The notes below the pieces were generated by a model. It did not search any database and was not told the origin of the DNA. It saw nothing but the letters and a program-made list of their open reading frames with translations. Made by a program: the position numbers and the translations under genes. From a bacterium (GTDB lineage: Bacteria > Patescibacteriota > UBA1384 > CAILIB01), in the NCBI GenBank assembly GCA_037131105.1, contig JBAXRQ010000001.1, positions 2,039 to 66,038 on the forward strand: DNA of 64,000 nucleotides, read 5' to 3'. Below, one piece after another: positions 27,867-37,035 of this stretch (its first letter is position 1; each line of letters begins with the position of its first letter).

Positions 27867-28075
27867 CCAGGTTTCATAGGTATAGAGAGTGAGCTCAGGG
27901 CTCTTGCTGGGCTTAAGTATCTCTACCAGTATGCTACTAGCAGCCAAGGTATCCGTACCGAGTATAGACGTACTGATACCACTTCTGAAAAGGCTGGATT
28001 TGAAACCTGAACAAATGGGCCGATGGACAATTGACATCATCGACATCAAAACAGTGTCAATGCTATCATACCCCT

Positions 28076-28267
28076 ATGAAAACCACCCAAATCACCATTC
28101 GGAAGGTTGACCTGGCCCTTGAGGCTTTGCGTGAGAAGGTGGGTGATATGTCTGCTTCTAAGCGTCAGACTGGTCTGCAAAAGTATTTCGGCATGTTCTC
28201 TGAAGGTGCCTTTGACCAGTCGGCCCTGGACGGCTTTGAGGCTGTCGACGAAGCAATGTGGGCCTGA
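28076..28267 (+). CDS. vapB: ribbon-helix-helix antitoxin (VapB/FitA-like)
   Basis: MKTTQITIRKVDLALEALREKVGDMSASKRQ...FDQSALDGFEAVDEAMWA. The stop overlaps the start of the downstream PIN-domain remnant. Confidence 0.5.
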   Translation: MKTTQITIRKVDLALEALREKVGDMSASKRQTGLQKYFGMFSEGAFDQSALDGFEAVDEAMWA

Positions 28268-28645
28268 GCATACTTGCCGTAGACACCACTATCGTCAGCC
28301 TGTTCCTGAGGGGCATGGACTAGCTTCCCTCTGACGACCTCTATCTTCCCTACATGGTCCTCGCCAAGACGAGGGCGGGCATTATCAGGGGTGCTAATCC
28401 GGCAAAGTTCCTGCCTCTTTTTGAGGAGTTCCTTGCCGATCGCCACATTATCACCAGTCCAGGACTGACCCCGGACATGATTCCTATTCTACGCGGAGAT
28501 ATACACCTATCTGCGTGCCCACGGTACCCCCATGTCTGCCAATGACCTCTGGATAGCCGCTGAGTGCTCTCACCTGTCGCTGCCGCTTTTAACCAAGGAC
28601 AAGGACTTCCAGCACGTGCCACAGGTCATCTTGTGGCAGGGGTGA
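28258..28645 (+). pseudogene. vapC: decayed PIN-domain toxin gene (vapC) with an in-frame stop and a frameshift
   Basis: A GTG overlaps the vapB stop. The first frame reads VGLSILAVDTTIVSLFLRGMD*, which is the PIN N-terminus LxxDTxxV, and stops at TAG 28321. The same frame continues ...FLPLFEEFLADRHIITSPGLTPDMIPILRGDI. The +1 frame then reads ...AEIYTYLRAHGTPMSANDLWIAAECSHLSLPLLTKDKDFQHVPQV, the PIN C-terminus D.WIAA......L.T.D.DF, to the TGA at 28645. Confidence 0.6.
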
Positions 28646-28764
28646 GGGGGAGAAGATGAGATTGGAAAGACAAAAGGAGCCCCTGATGAGGCTTCTTTTT
28701 ATTTACCTTTATTTCGCTTAGCCAATATCCCCTGTATCGACGGGCTTACCGCCTTGTCAGTACG

Positions 28765-29118
28765 ATGAATGCAGCCTATCCAGCAGCAGGGCCGGCGCAT
28801 TCCCTCGATAAGCTCGCTGACCGTCCTTCTGACATGGTCCTTTCTGGTGTCGTCCCTCTTGACCCAGGTTACCCAGCAGATCCACTCATTACGGGTGACT
28901 GGGCCGGGGAAGAGATTGTCCAGACGATGGATAAAACCTTTCCAAACGCAGTGTTCTGCGTAGGGGGCCGGGGTGCCGTGTTGTCGCAGTTCGCATTTCA
29001 CCCGCGTTTTGCGGGGTACGTACCCCAACCAGTTTCCCTGAACTCGGAGAATGGCAACAGGGTGCTTATGGATCCTCTTCTGGGGAATGCCATGGAGCAT
29101 CCGCTGCTCTCCGGTTGA
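28765..29118 (+). CDS. hypothetical protein, paralogue of 29276-29704 (N-terminally shorter)
   Basis: The C-terminal 60 aa (DWAGEEIVQTMDKTFPNAVFCVGGRGAVLSQFAFHPRFAGYV) align with the downstream paralogue (DWAGYDIITMMDRVFPNALFVVGD...EAHPRFAGYV). The antisense ORF 28699-29181 is rejected. Confidence 0.5.
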   Translation: MNAAYPAAGPAHSLDKLADRPSDMVLSGVVPLDPGYPADPLITGDWAGEEIVQTMDKTFPNAVFCVGGRGAVLSQFAFHPRFAGYVPQPVSLNSENGNRVLMDPLLGNAMEHPLLSG

Positions 29119-29275
29119 ATCGGTGGTTCTCTCAGGTGTGGGTGGGCACATACGCCCACTCACCCACCCTGAGCGAAGCAACGCTCACAGGTTTGAAAGT
29201 CGTACCTTTAGAAGATAGCCCTTCGAGACACCCACCCTCACCGGGGGATTACAGAAGAAGGGCCTGGAGAAGACC

Positions 29276-29704
29276 ATGAAGAAAGTAGTTATCTTTGACG
29301 TTATGCTGTCCGGCGGACATATCCTGCAGAGGGTTATCCTCGAACGCAGCGAGACGCCGGACCCGGATCGGAAGTGTGACCTGGTCTACATGACTGGCTT
29401 CGGGAAGGTGGCCGAGACCGGCACTCCTGATCCCGATGTGGCGGCGGTCGCGTTCTACACGAGCGAAATCGTCCGCGAGGACTGGGCGGGGTATGACATC
29501 ATTACCATGATGGACAGAGTGTTTCCGAATGCGCTGTTCGTCGTGGGGGATGCTTCCTCCTACCGCCGGGACTTCCTCGAAGCGCACCCGCGCTTTGCAG
29601 GTTATGTCCACATGCCCTGGGGAATCGAGGATAAGTTTGACTACGAAGTCATCGAACCCCTCGCTCGCGCCCTGCGGAAATATAAGGAGAAGAAGAATGG
29701 TTAA
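29276..29704 (+). CDS. hypothetical protein, paralogue of 28765-29118
   Basis: 142 aa, MKKVVIFDVMLSGGHILQRVIL...HPRFAGYVHMPWGIEDKFD. It is followed by hairpin terminator AAAATCCCCGCGCC-ggtg-GCGCGGGGATTTT at 29706-29740. Confidence 0.55.
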   Translation: MKKVVIFDVMLSGGHILQRVILERSETPDPDRKCDLVYMTGFGKVAETGTPDPDVAAVAFYTSEIVREDWAGYDIITMMDRVFPNALFVVGDASSYRRDFLEAHPRFAGYVHMPWGIEDKFDYEVIEPLARALRKYKEKKNG

Positions 29705-29800
29705 AAAATCCCCGCGCCGGTGGCGCGGGGATTTTGCTGTGACATTTCTTGTGTAAGGGCGCTGACCACCATATACTGAAGATACATATAATATTGCCAC

Positions 29801-32800
29801 ATGGTTAATGAGGGCGACTGGGGAAGGGGCGTTCCCCCATCCGAAGAAAACAATAGAGAGCCTGATGCTCTGACAGCGGCTGCTTATGACGCGGCCCTCT
29901 TTTCCGCGGGACAGGCGGACTCTCCCGAGGTGCCCGCTTCTCCTGAGGATTCTCCTAAACTGAAAGTGGAGGAGGTGCATCGTTCCGCCAAGACAATTCT
30001 CGCTACTGTCGCCAACATGGTGGGGCCAAATGCAGCCCCTAGGATTGAGATGACAGGATTTGAATCTCCTGACCGGATCATCACTCAGTTTCAGGGGTAT
30101 ACCGTGGTGCTTAACAAGTCGCGGTACTTCGTCTTTGACGATGAAGGGAACGAAGTCGGTGAAAATATGCCAAGAGACGCACACCTGACGGCTGAATGGG
30201 ACGCCATTGAGCTAATAAGTGCTGGTGGTAAGGAGCCAAATGTCTCAGAATCACCAAGGGGCAGATCTAATACCGTTGAGCAGTATCCGGCTGTAACCCA
30301 TTCTTACTTGAGAAGAGCTATCCGAGAACAAGGTGGTGTCAGTATGCAAACGCCCATGCACCGTGTGGATACGATCTATTCACCAGAGCTTGAAAGCATA
30401 GACCCGATGGTTCTTGATAACGGCAACATCTTGATGTTCCCTGGTCGAAAGCATTCTGCCTATGTGGGGTATGTCAGTAATCCTGGCGGCGACCCGGTGG
30501 CACCAAGGCACTGGAAGAGGATAGACAGCTTTACTCCAATTGATGACTTACCGCTTGAAGCGCAGGATATTGCCCGTGAAATTGCTAAGGTTGATAACCG
30601 TGGAACAGCTAGACTAAATGATGAGCTGCGTATCAAATATGCTTTGGACCGTGTGGAGATCTATCGCGGCGCAATCCTTCTGGGGATGGATCCCGAGTTC
30701 AAGGATAATGTCCAGGGCATTGATACCTCTTTCGCCGATACGAAACACCCGGAAATAATATACTACTACTCCAGTCGCAATCCCCAGAAGCTTATCCGCA
30801 TGGATACCTCGGCAGATGATGTTGGCAAATGGGCTGCCACTCAGACTGACCTGATATTTCCCCAGACATACGGTTTTTTGAATGATCTAAAAATGGATCC
30901 TTCTGGCACATTGCTCTGCGGTAAGACCGATAAGGGCTTCGTTATCCTGGACAAGGATACCCTGGAGGAGGTGTACTATTTTAATGATTTTTGCACAGAG
31001 CTGTGGTTTGACGGCGAAGGAAAGGTTCGCATCATGGACGCCGAAGGCTATATCCATACTTTTGCTATGGATATCCCCACTTGGAAGGCCCAGGCAGTTG
31101 CAAGGAACCTGGAGCCGCTGACGGTTCAGAGTCCCTTTACCGCTCCTCAGGCCGCAGCGGGTCAGGGCCCCCAGCCAAGCGGCATGGAGCACCTAAACCC
31201 TTCCCGTGCAGAGTATACGCGACAGCTCTCAGTCTTCATTGACCAGGCGACGACGTTGGCGCAGCTAGAGGATGTGCGGATTCAGTCGATAGGTGACCTG
31301 ATCTTCCAACTGATGGGACAGGGTCTTACCAAAGAAGAAGCGAAGTATGTTACGGCAGAGGCCAAGGCCTTGCTGGTGGAGAAGCAGAAGACACTTGCCA
31401 GCCAGGAGGCTGCCAAGCTTATTGCAGACCTCAGAGGTCATCTCGGTGGCAGCGATCTCACCCTTGCCCGTCTTGCCGAGCTGAAGGCCGATGCCGGCCA
31501 GCTGGATGCCCTCAAAGGCCTGGTGGATCAGCCGTATAGAGATCAGATCCGTATCCTTGAAGAGAATATCGCCCAGAAGCTGGCCGAAGTATTTAGGCAG
31601 GAAGCTGAGACTATCAAGAAAAGCATAGGTGAGCTGGTGGGGCATGCCAAGGCTGAGCTAGAGGGATTTGCCTCGCTTACCCAGTTTACTGATTGGCGTG
31701 AGTTCGCCTATCCCCAGTACCGTTCTCGCCTAGGAGGACTGCTTCAGGACTGTCCCATTGAGGCCACTGAATCCCGGCAGATCATTCTTGACGGCTCACG
31801 GAGTCTCCAGGAGCTGGCAGACCAGTATGAGAACACGTTCACCACCCAGTATGCAAAGGTACGGGAGAAGGCAGCTGATCAGACTGCCCAGATGGAATCT
31901 TCCATACGGACGGAGATTGATTCGTTCAGTGCACGGCTACGGGCCAAGGGCTTTACCTTGCGATCCGATGCCGAGGACTATATCTCCCGTAGTGGTGCGG
32001 TGGCTCAGATCGAACAGGATATCGCGGCCATGCAGAGCTCCCACCCCACCCATGCCGAGGAGCTGGACCGGGTCTTTAATGTAACTAAGGCCAATCTTCT
32101 GGCCGAAGTGAGTCGGGGCGCCTCAACCCAGGTGGAGGCCAACGGCCAGCAGATGGCGGCTTTCGGGAGCACTCTGTTCCCGGTCTGGGAGAGCAAGGTC
32201 AAGGAGCGCAAGGAGAAGAAGGTGGAAGTCAGCTTTGCCGCTAACGAGGCTTCCCGAGGCCCCGGCGTGCAGGCCAACGAAGTGATGGGCGATGTCTCGG
32301 TGGTCATCACGAACTCAGAAGGACATAAGGAAGCGGTACGCCTCTGGGAGTCCATGGGCGATACTGAGGACCTCAGGCGGTATGGCGACAGCATCAAGGC
32401 AATGGGCCCCTCATACGTCACCAAGGAGGATTTTGACGGCATTGCCAGAGGGTACCGTACCTGGACGCGCGACGACGGCGCTTCGGTGATGGCCTCGTTG
32501 GAGGCTAAGCGGAAGGAGCTGGGCCTTGAAGCGGTGAATGAGCGGATCGACGCTCTGTATAAGGAAGCTGGAAGCTCTCGTGATGGGCGCAGGGAATTGC
32601 GCCAGTCCAGTTCCGAATTGCGGGAGCTGAGGAGGCAGCAGGCTGAGCTGCTTGAGCAGTATGCTGACTATTATGCCAAGCAGAACGTGGGACTCTACAA
32701 GCGTCTGGACGCCATAGCCGGCCTGCCGGAGCCAGAGTACACCAACGGCCGCGGCTTCGTGCCTGAGTGGCAGAGCCACTGGGTACTTGACGTCGACACC

Positions 32801-33835
32801 GAGAAGAACCTGGAGAAGATGGCGGAGCTGCTACTGATGCAGCTGGAGACCCATGAGGGCATTCTTAATCTCAAAGGCCATGCCGGTACGGGAAAGGACG
32901 TCCTAGTGAAGATGTTCTGCGAGCTGGCCAAGCGGCCGTATTTCCCTATGGACTGTTCCAAGTGGACCACTGAGTTTGAGCTTTCAGAGGATGTGGTCCT
33001 CGAGGCTCAGGACGGGGCCACCCAGACGGTGAAGGTTCCTTCGGTAGTACTGCAGGCAGTCGAGACGCCGGGCGCTGTCATGTACTTCAACGAGTTCAAC
33101 GCAATGCCTGAGCAGGCCCAGATCTTCCTACACGGTCTGTTTGACGAAAAGCGCTCCCTGACCCTGAAGACCAGTTCGGGCAAGGCCACCAAGGCAGACC
33201 CCAGCGTACTCTTCATTTCGTCGATGAACCCCGGTTACCCCGGCACCTTTGATCCCCAATTCGCTACCAAGAGTCGCATGGTCTCCATGGATATCGGCTA
33301 TCCTGACCAGTATAAGGATCCGGCCGAGGGCGATCCCAATCGCAATGCCATGCTCTCTTCCTCTGAGGCCCTGCGTATGGCCCGCGAGGTCAAATCGGTC
33401 TCCCGTCTCACCTATGAGTCTGATGCTGACAGAAATGAGTTTGGCATGCTGTGGGACCGGTATGTGAACGGTGTTGAACGAGGTGGTCCTGAGCCCACTA
33501 CTCTCCAGAAATACGACCTGGACGTAATACTGGCAGTCGTCCAGTTTGGCAACAAGCTTCGCGACGCCTTCATGATGCAATATGACGGTACGCCGCAGCA
33601 GAAGCGGGATACTAGCAGGGACCTACCGGTCACCCAGCCGTTCACAGGCCGCGAAATCAGGCGCTGCGCCTACGCCTTGAACAAGATTCCTTTGGTTGAG
33701 AAGGACGCGGATCCTGAGCAGGTGGCACGTAACCTCATCACCACCTTCTTTCTCTCTCACATAGATGACTCATCCAAGGTCGCCAAGATTGCGTCGGCCA
33801 TGGAGACCTGGACCTCGGCCAAACGGGTTCGTTAA
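29801..33835 (+). CDS. 1344-aa multidomain protein with a C-terminal MoxR/AAA_5-like ATPase domain that has non-canonical Walker motifs
   Basis: The N-terminal ~460 aa are globular and aromatic-rich (YYYSS, YYFNDF). About 450 aa of predicted coiled coil follow. Then GHAGTGKDV (Walker A with Asp after Lys), VMYFNEFNAMPEQAQIFLHGLF (Walker B NE rather than DE) and FISSMNPGYPGTFDPQFATKSRM (sensor/Arg region like ATMNP...SRF of MoxR/dynein-type AAA). A ~200-aa C-terminal helical extension completes the protein. Confidence 0.7.
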   Translation: MVNEGDWGRGVPPSEENNREPDALTAAAYDAALFSAGQADSPEVPASPEDSPKLKVEEVHRSAKTILATVANMVGPNAAPRIEMTGFESPDRIITQFQGYTVVLNKSRYFVFDDEGNEVGENMPRDAHLTAEWDAIELISAGGKEPNVSESPRGRSNTVEQYPAVTHSYLRRAIREQGGVSMQTPMHRVDTIYSPELESIDPMVLDNGNILMFPGRKHSAYVGYVSNPGGDPVAPRHWKRIDSFTPIDDLPLEAQDIAREIAKVDNRGTARLNDELRIKYALDRVEIYRGAILLGMDPEFKDNVQGIDTSFADTKHPEIIYYYSSRNPQKLIRMDTSADDVGKWAATQTDLIFPQTYGFLNDLKMDPSGTLLCGKTDKGFVILDKDTLEEVYYFNDFCTELWFDGEGKVRIMDAEGYIHTFAMDIPTWKAQAVARNLEPLTVQSPFTAPQAAAGQGPQPSGMEHLNPSRAEYTRQLSVFIDQATTLAQLEDVRIQSIGDLIFQLMGQGLTKEEAKYVTAEAKALLVEKQKTLASQEAAKLIADLRGHLGGSDLTLARLAELKADAGQLDALKGLVDQPYRDQIRILEENIAQKLAEVFRQEAETIKKSIGELVGHAKAELEGFASLTQFTDWREFAYPQYRSRLGGLLQDCPIEATESRQIILDGSRSLQELADQYENTFTTQYAKVREKAADQTAQMESSIRTEIDSFSARLRAKGFTLRSDAEDYISRSGAVAQIEQDIAAMQSSHPTHAEELDRVFNVTKANLLAEVSRGASTQVEANGQQMAAFGSTLFPVWESKVKERKEKKVEVSFAANEASRGPGVQANEVMGDVSVVITNSEGHKEAVRLWESMGDTEDLRRYGDSIKAMGPSYVTKEDFDGIARGYRTWTRDDGASVMASLEAKRKELGLEAVNERIDALYKEAGSSRDGRRELRQSSSELRELRRQQAELLEQYADYYAKQNVGLYKRLDAIAGLPEPEYTNGRGFVPEWQSHWVLDVDTEKNLEKMAELLLMQLETHEGILNLKGHAGTGKDVLVKMFCELAKRPYFPMDCSKWTTEFELSEDVVLEAQDGATQTVKVPSVVLQAVETPGAVMYFNEFNAMPEQAQIFLHGLFDEKRSLTLKTSSGKATKADPSVLFISSMNPGYPGTFDPQFATKSRMVSMDIGYPDQYKDPAEGDPNRNAMLSSSEALRMAREVKSVSRLTYESDADRNEFGMLWDRYVNGVERGGPEPTTLQKYDLDVILAVVQFGNKLRDAFMMQYDGTPQQKRDTSRDLPVTQPFTGREIRRCAYALNKIPLVEKDADPEQVARNLITTFFLSHIDDSSKVAKIASAMETWTSAKRVR

Positions 33836-33843
33836 AGGGTAAT

Positions 33844-36800
33844 ATGCTCGACCACTTAAACTTGCCTCCCCTTCCTGAAGCGGAGAAACCCCCGCAGAGA
33901 GAGCATCTCCGCCATATGGGGATATTGTCAGATATGGGCAGGGAGCTGGGAGCACCGGTGCTCCCAGGTAAGCAGTGGGGGTATCATTATCCGGGTAACG
34001 GCGCCCAGCGGGCAGACTTGCTTAAGGGTCTCTTGGACGGGACCGTCAGCTCTGAGGAGGCTGCCCTTGGCCTGCGCCCTGATGCGATCACCTATAGCCT
34101 TGAGGATCTTCAGACTGAAGGGTTTGAAGCTGTAAGCGGGAGACTGCGGGCAGTCACCTCGACTTTGCAGAACTATGACTACGAAGGGCTGGCCGAGTTC
34201 GTCGGCCAGATGCAGGGTAAGGACGTCTCGCCAGAGGAGGCTCAGGCCCTCTATGACCGCCTGACTGGCGGATACGTCCAGAAACGGGCCATGGACAGCT
34301 TTGGAAGCACCGGCCGCAGACAGATGGAGGCCGCCCTGCAGGGCGAGTCAAGGCGCCTTCTGGAATCCACGGGGAGCACTCCTCAGGAGAGAGTGCTCCA
34401 GGCGCTACGGGCCCACTGGCTGTGTGAGGGGGCCAGGACACTGAGGAGTGATGATCGCGACGGAATAGCCGCTGCGCTGTCTCAGGACGAGCTCAGGGCC
34501 TATGAGGGACTGAAGGAGGACTATCTGCAGTATATGTCAGGCGATAAGGATGCGTATCGCCGCTTAGCGACGTATGTCCAGGAGAGTTTCGGGAGAGCTG
34601 AGCCGCTAGAGAGCAGCCAGAGCATGCAGGACCTGGAGAAGGAACTTGAGCCGTATATGGACCAAGCAGTTCCGCCTGGAATGCCTTCTGATCCGGCCAT
34701 ACCGCCAGATGACAATGACGAATACCATACGCCTCCGCCCCGACCTGGCCGGGAGTCAGGAGTGGAGTCGGAGCCCCAGAGGCCTATCTTTGAGATCGCC
34801 CCTACCGGTAGTAGCACCAAGCCGCTGACCGGCTACTATATATCCGGCCGCAAAAGCTACTATGACGAGGACGCCAAGGTCTGGAGCAAGCGGAAGCAGC
34901 TTATGCCCTATTCTGAGTCTCCCGCCGGTACTGACCGCCAGGTCCTGAGCGGCCGCATTGATGCTGGTTTGAAGTCTGTTCCCATCCCCAACGGCTATGC
35001 CCTAGATGCTGCCACCTTGCGGGTTCAGCAGGGGACAGCGACCCTTTCTCGGGATCAGAACGGCTGTTTCTATATCCAGTCCACTGAGACCTCGGACTTT
35101 ACCGTAGAATTTTTGAAGGAGCCGACTGCATTTATCAGCCCGCCCATAGGAGAGGATGTGCGTGACGTTCATAGGGGGAGACTCTCGGATCAGACCGAGC
35201 AGTTCCTGGCCACTGTGAGGGGCACTCCTACCGAGATGGCAGTCAAGGCGCAGGGGTACATCCGCTCCAACCATTTCTACCCCGGTGGAGGGGATCTGAA
35301 GGCCGCCCAAGCCCTCCAACACAAGCTCAGGTCTGAGTCGACGGCGGACACCTACTTCCAGAACCTGGATGCCTCGGAATACTTGGAGTGTTACTCGTCC
35401 CTCAACCTGTGGATTGCCATGATGCGTAGCGTTGATGTACCCTGTCGAGTGGTGCTCGGGCACATGATAGATTCGGCACGTGACGGCAAGGCGGCTATGG
35501 ATGCCACTACCGGGCACGCCTGGGGTGAGTTCTGGGATGGAAGTGAGTGGCGTCGCATTGACCCGACTCCTCCTCCCAAGCCAGAGGACAAGAAGCCCGA
35601 AGGTGACCCAGGGCAGGGTGAGCCCACTCCTAGCCAGCAGGCAGAGGACGGAGGTATCGAAGGCGATACCAGCCAGCCGACCCAGACCGGCGAATCCGGT
35701 GAACAGGCCGGCCAGGGCCAGGGGTCTGGACAAGAGATGGGCCAGGTCAGTGACCAGGAGATGGAAGAAGCCCAGTCCCAGCTTGAGCAGGCTCAAAACG
35801 AGCTGCAAAAAATGGATGACCGTAAGGCGGAGCTCAATCAGAAGATCCAGGATGCTAAGGATTTCAACGACCTCAAGGAACTGCACGACAAGATGGAGAA
35901 GGAAGACCTGCTAGACGATATGAAGGAAGACCTTGTGAAGCGTCTGGAGGCCAAGCAGGAGCAGATGAAGGACAATATCAAAGAGCAGCTGGACGAGATG
36001 GTTGAGGACGGCTTTATGGACGAAGATAAGCGGAAGCAGCTTGAGGAAGCACTGGATGAAGGTGCTCTCGAGAAGCTTGACCAGATGAAGCAGCAGCTTG
36101 AGAGGGAGAGTGGCCTCTACAATGAGTACGATGCTATCCGGCAGGAGGTGCAGCCGCTGGTGGATGAGTGGCTTGGGTATTTTCTGGAGCGCCTTCCTCG
36201 CCAGGATGAAATCGAAGTAGATGAGGACGCTTTGGCTCGAAGGGGAACCTTCAATAGGCGTTCAGCTATGCGGGCCCGCAACCTGTTATTCGGCACAGTC
36301 CGCAATCCTCATATCATTAATCCGGTGGTGAAACCCCTGTTCCTGGCCAAGATGATGGTGGACGTCAGCGGTTCGATGCAGGGTGAGAAGCTGAGGAGCG
36401 CTCGCAAGACACTGGTATTTCTCTCTGAACTCTTTAGTGCCATTAAGGAGCAGTTTGGGTATATCAAGTTTTCCATCGACATCTTCTCTGACAACCTGAC
36501 CACCATCAAGGGGTTTGATCAAGACTACGATCGAAATGAGCGGTATGATTTCAAGGACGGAAGCACTTCCACGGTAAAGGTGCGCCTTATGGAGAGACTT
36601 GCCAGCAAGGGCGGCACCAACATGCTGGCCGCCATTACTGCGGCAGCTGATGATCTTACCGAACAAGCTTCGGATAACCCTGAGTTTGCCTCCGCCTTTT
36701 ACTTTATGGGAGACGGGGGTGACACCTGTGGAAACGGTGCCAAGGTGAGGGAGTTCATGCAAACCAAGCAAAGGGGGGGATTTGGCGAGCATATGCACTC

Positions 36801-36960
36801 GGCTATTCTTCTGGGAGACGAGTCGCAGCGACGGACGCTGAGCGACATATTCGGAGAAGACCACACGGCTGTGGCTCCGAACTTCGATGCATTGATCGAG
36901 ACCTTTATGGGGCAGTTTGATGATGATATTAGTCAATATCTTTCTGATAAGACCCGGTAA
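33844..36960 (+). CDS. 1038-aa protein with a transglutaminase-like Cys-protease core, an acidic linker with coiled coil, and a C-terminal vWA (MIDAS) domain
   Basis: TGase-like core: LECYSSLNLWIAMMRSVDVPCRVVLGH...TTGHAWGEFWDGSEWRRIDPT (Cys, His, Asp). A Gly/Gln/Glu-rich linker and a coiled coil (QLEQAQNELQKMDDRKAELNQK...) follow. vWA MIDAS motifs are DVSGSM, GGTNM and MGDGGDT. The gene starts 9 bp after the previous stop and is followed by terminator AAGCGCCCC-tttgtca-GGGGCGCTT at 36988-37018. Confidence 0.7.
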   Translation: MLDHLNLPPLPEAEKPPQREHLRHMGILSDMGRELGAPVLPGKQWGYHYPGNGAQRADLLKGLLDGTVSSEEAALGLRPDAITYSLEDLQTEGFEAVSGRLRAVTSTLQNYDYEGLAEFVGQMQGKDVSPEEAQALYDRLTGGYVQKRAMDSFGSTGRRQMEAALQGESRRLLESTGSTPQERVLQALRAHWLCEGARTLRSDDRDGIAAALSQDELRAYEGLKEDYLQYMSGDKDAYRRLATYVQESFGRAEPLESSQSMQDLEKELEPYMDQAVPPGMPSDPAIPPDDNDEYHTPPPRPGRESGVESEPQRPIFEIAPTGSSTKPLTGYYISGRKSYYDEDAKVWSKRKQLMPYSESPAGTDRQVLSGRIDAGLKSVPIPNGYALDAATLRVQQGTATLSRDQNGCFYIQSTETSDFTVEFLKEPTAFISPPIGEDVRDVHRGRLSDQTEQFLATVRGTPTEMAVKAQGYIRSNHFYPGGGDLKAAQALQHKLRSESTADTYFQNLDASEYLECYSSLNLWIAMMRSVDVPCRVVLGHMIDSARDGKAAMDATTGHAWGEFWDGSEWRRIDPTPPPKPEDKKPEGDPGQGEPTPSQQAEDGGIEGDTSQPTQTGESGEQAGQGQGSGQEMGQVSDQEMEEAQSQLEQAQNELQKMDDRKAELNQKIQDAKDFNDLKELHDKMEKEDLLDDMKEDLVKRLEAKQEQMKDNIKEQLDEMVEDGFMDEDKRKQLEEALDEGALEKLDQMKQQLERESGLYNEYDAIRQEVQPLVDEWLGYFLERLPRQDEIEVDEDALARRGTFNRRSAMRARNLLFGTVRNPHIINPVVKPLFLAKMMVDVSGSMQGEKLRSARKTLVFLSELFSAIKEQFGYIKFSIDIFSDNLTTIKGFDQDYDRNERYDFKDGSTSTVKVRLMERLASKGGTNMLAAITAAADDLTEQASDNPEFASAFYFMGDGGDTCGNGAKVREFMQTKQRGGFGEHMHSAILLGDESQRRTLSDIFGEDHTAVAPNFDALIETFMGQFDDDISQYLSDKTR

Positions 36961-37035
36961 TGTTCGATAGAAAAATCAGGGAAAAGCAAGCGCCCCTTTG
37001 TCAGGGGCGCTTGTTGGTCTTGGGCTGTGAAGAAC

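Noticed and set aside
28699-30184. Long minus-strand ORFs (160 and 311 aa) opposite the tandem paralogous small genes.
   Set aside because: The + strand ORFs are mutually homologous (paralogy supports coding). The minus ORFs are Arg/Trp-rich low-complexity artefacts.
35002-36936. Minus-strand ORFs of 294 and 216 aa inside the TGase-vWA gene.
   Set aside because: They lie antisense to a gene with clear TGase and vWA motifs and have no recognisable domains.
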